From Muribaculaceae bacterium (GTDB lineage: Bacteria > Bacteroidota > Bacteroidia > Bacteroidales > Muribaculaceae): DNA of 35,194 nt. Position numbers and translations under genes: made by a program. The stretch spans positions 1 through 35,194 of the forward strand of contig JAFZPB010000175.1 in NCBI GenBank assembly GCA_017552595.1. The letters are read 5' to 3'. This document shows positions 33,540-35,194 of this stretch, one piece after another. The notes beneath the pieces are model-generated. The model saw only the letters and a program-made list of their open reading frames with translations. It was not told where the DNA came from and ran no database searches. Within the stretch, counting starts at the first letter, position 1; every line of letters begins with the position of its first letter.

Positions 33540-34913
33540 ATGAAATTATCACAATTCAACTTCAACCTGCCAAAAGAACTCATCGCACAGGAACCCAAAC
33601 TTTTCCGTGACGACTGCCGTCTGATGGTGATTCACCGCAAAACCGGCGAAATAGAATATGACAAATATGTAGAGCCTAAGCCCGTCCCCGAGGTTATCCC
33701 GAGTGAGGAAAAAGAGGAGCCGAAAAAGGCAAAATCTAAAGCGAAATCCAAGGCAAAGGCCGTAGAGCCCGAAACTGAAGTCGAGGCAAAACCCTCCAAG
33801 AAAGCGTCGAGCAAAAAGGCTGCAAAAGCCGACAAGGAAGAGGAAAAACCTGCCGAATCCGAGCCTAAGAAATCAAAAGCAAAGTCGAAGACCAAAAGCA
33901 AAGAGAAAAAGGTGGATGTGGCCGAGTCGGAGGCAGTGTCTGAACCCGCATCGAATTTCGACGAAGCAGTGCCGCAAGGAAAAACGTTCCGCAACGTAAT
34001 CGACTATTTCGACGAAAACGACCTGTTCGTATTCAACGACACCCAAGTTTTCCCCGCAAAACTTTACGGCAACAAGGAACGCACAGGTGCGCTGATTGAA
34101 GTGTTCCTTCTTCGCGAACTCAACCCCGATTTCAAATTGTGGGATGTTTTGGTCGAGCCCGCACGCACGATTCGTATCGGAAACAAACTCTATTTCGGCG
34201 AAGGCGAGAACATGGTGGCAGAAGTTATCGATAACACCACATCCCGCGGCCGCACGCTGCGTTTCCTTTACGATGGTGACCACGAACAGTTCAAACGCGA
34301 ATTGTTCGCACTCGGACAGACACCCCTGCCCAGTTACATCAATCGTCCGCCGCGCGAAGAGGATGCCGAACGCTATCAGACAATTTTCGCATCGAAAGAA
34401 GGTGCGGTCGTGGCTCCCGCCGCAGGTGCGCACTTTTCACGAGAATTGATGAAATTGATGGAAATCAAGGGAATAGAATCGGCATTCTTGACAATCCATT
34501 CCGGGCTTGGCAACTTCCGTCACATCGAAGTCGAGGACCTTACGAAACATCGTATGGACTCCGAACAACTTGAAATTTCTCAGGAACTCGTCGATAAGGT
34601 TAACGCAACGAAGGATGCTGGGCACAAGGTTTGTGCTGTCGGCGCTTCGACTTTGCGCGCCCTTGCTTCGGCTGTGTCGATGAACGGCCATATCAAACCG
34701 CTGTCGGGCTGGACCAACAAGTTCATATTCCCACCCTACGAATTTGCAGTTGTAGATGCATTCATCACAAACTTCCACCAGCCGTATTCCGTAATGCTTA
34801 TGGAGGCGGCCGCTTTCGGCGGTTACGACCTCGTTATGAAAGCCTACAAGATTGCAGTCAAGGAAAAATACAAATTCGGCTGCTACGGCGACGCGATGAT
34901 TATCGTTGACTAA
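33540..34913 (+). CDS. queA: S-adenosylmethionine:tRNA ribosyltransferase-isomerase with a ~109-aa lysine-rich insertion
   Basis: 457 aa. The N-terminus is [19 protein letters not shown]...[15 protein letters not shown], and the core resumes at [24 protein letters not shown]. The C-terminal motifs are intact ([12 protein letters not shown]). Confidence 0.9.
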   Translation: MKLSQFNFNLPKELIAQEPKLFRDDCRLMVIHRKTGEIEYDKYVEPKPVPEVIPSEEKEEPKKAKSKAKSKAKAVEPETEVEAKPSKKASSKKAAKADKEEEKPAESEPKKSKAKSKTKSKEKKVDVAESEAVSEPASNFDEAVPQGKTFRNVIDYFDENDLFVFNDTQVFPAKLYGNKERTGALIEVFLLRELNPDFKLWDVLVEPARTIRIGNKLYFGEGENMVAEVIDNTTSRGRTLRFLYDGDHEQFKRELFALGQTPLPSYINRPPREEDAERYQTIFASKEGAVVAPAAGAHFSRELMKLMEIKGIESAFLTIHSGLGNFRHIEVEDLTKHRMDSEQLEISQELVDKVNATKDAGHKVCAVGASTLRALASAVSMNGHIKPLSGWTNKFIFPPYEFAVVDAFITNFHQPYSVMLMEAAAFGGYDLVMKAYKIAVKEKYKFGCYGDAMIIVD

Positions 34914-34933
34914 TCAACAGTTTGTAATAATAA

Positions 34934-34968
34934 GGGGGCGAAGCCAATCGGCTTCGCCCCCCTGTTTT
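34934..34968 (+). terminator. Rho-independent terminator after queA
   Basis: Perfect 12-bp stem GGGGGCGAAGCC / GGCTTCGCCCCC with loop AATC, followed by CTGTTTTGTTT. Confidence 0.8.
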
Positions 34969-35130
34969 GTTTAATAACTATTTTCAATTATGTAGCAGAA
35001 ACAGACAATTATGCATAGGAAAATCGCTAAATTTGCTGATTGTCATTTTTTGGAGTCTTTTTTGTTAATAAAATTTTAAGTTTAAAAAAAATTTTTGCTG
35101 TCCGCTAAAAGTTAAAAGAGTGCCCAATAT

Positions 35131-35171
35131 CCATCCGCAATACCGATAAACAGGTGCTGCGGATGGTTTTT
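35131..35171 (+). terminator. Hairpin plus T5, terminator-like
   Basis: Perfect 9-bp stem CCATCCGCA / TGCGGATGG with an 18-nt loop, followed by TTTTT. Confidence 0.45.
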
Positions 35172-35194
35172 GCAAAAAGTAAGCCCCTAATCAA

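Noticed and set aside
32985-34433. Minus-strand ORFs of 183 aa and 186 aa
   Set aside because: They are antisense to truB and queA, which have unambiguous motifs. The minus-strand translations contain no motifs.

Overview
This is a 35.2-kb chromosomal segment that looks like a T9SS-bearing Bacteroidales genome. That assignment is an inference from three things: many TAnnTTTG -7 promoter boxes, a PorW/SprE gene, and the ftsX-DUF3098-uppP-truB-queA gene order. I call 27 protein genes and one tRNA-Val. Most of the window is housekeeping. It holds glgB (partial), polA, an aroA-small protein-metal ABC permease-porW operon joined by overlapping stop/start codons, and a TPR protein. A long minus-strand run follows: trpS, SemiSWEET, dnaX, rnpA, yidD, cvpA and sufBCDS. 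The right end carries ftsX-DUF3098-uppP-truB-queA. The accessory-looking part is about 21.27-30.77 kb. It contains a modular promoter/hairpin repeat array upstream of trpS and two unrelated orphan AAA+ ATPases with C-terminal PD-(D/E)xK-like motifs. It also contains mscL, a 1447-aa T9SS cargo protein with a nested duplicated domain, and an 858-bp non-coding region rich in repeats and long-range inverted repeats. No CRISPR array, integrase, transposase or rRNA is visible. I see no clear multi-gene novel system. The best candidates for follow-up are the repeat array, the structured or possibly invertible elements upstream of the cargo gene, the two ATPase-nuclease genes, the cargo protein architecture, a 109-aa lysine-rich insertion in QueA, and an A7 slippery run in dnaX. 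All homology calls come from reading the translations by eye; no searches were run.
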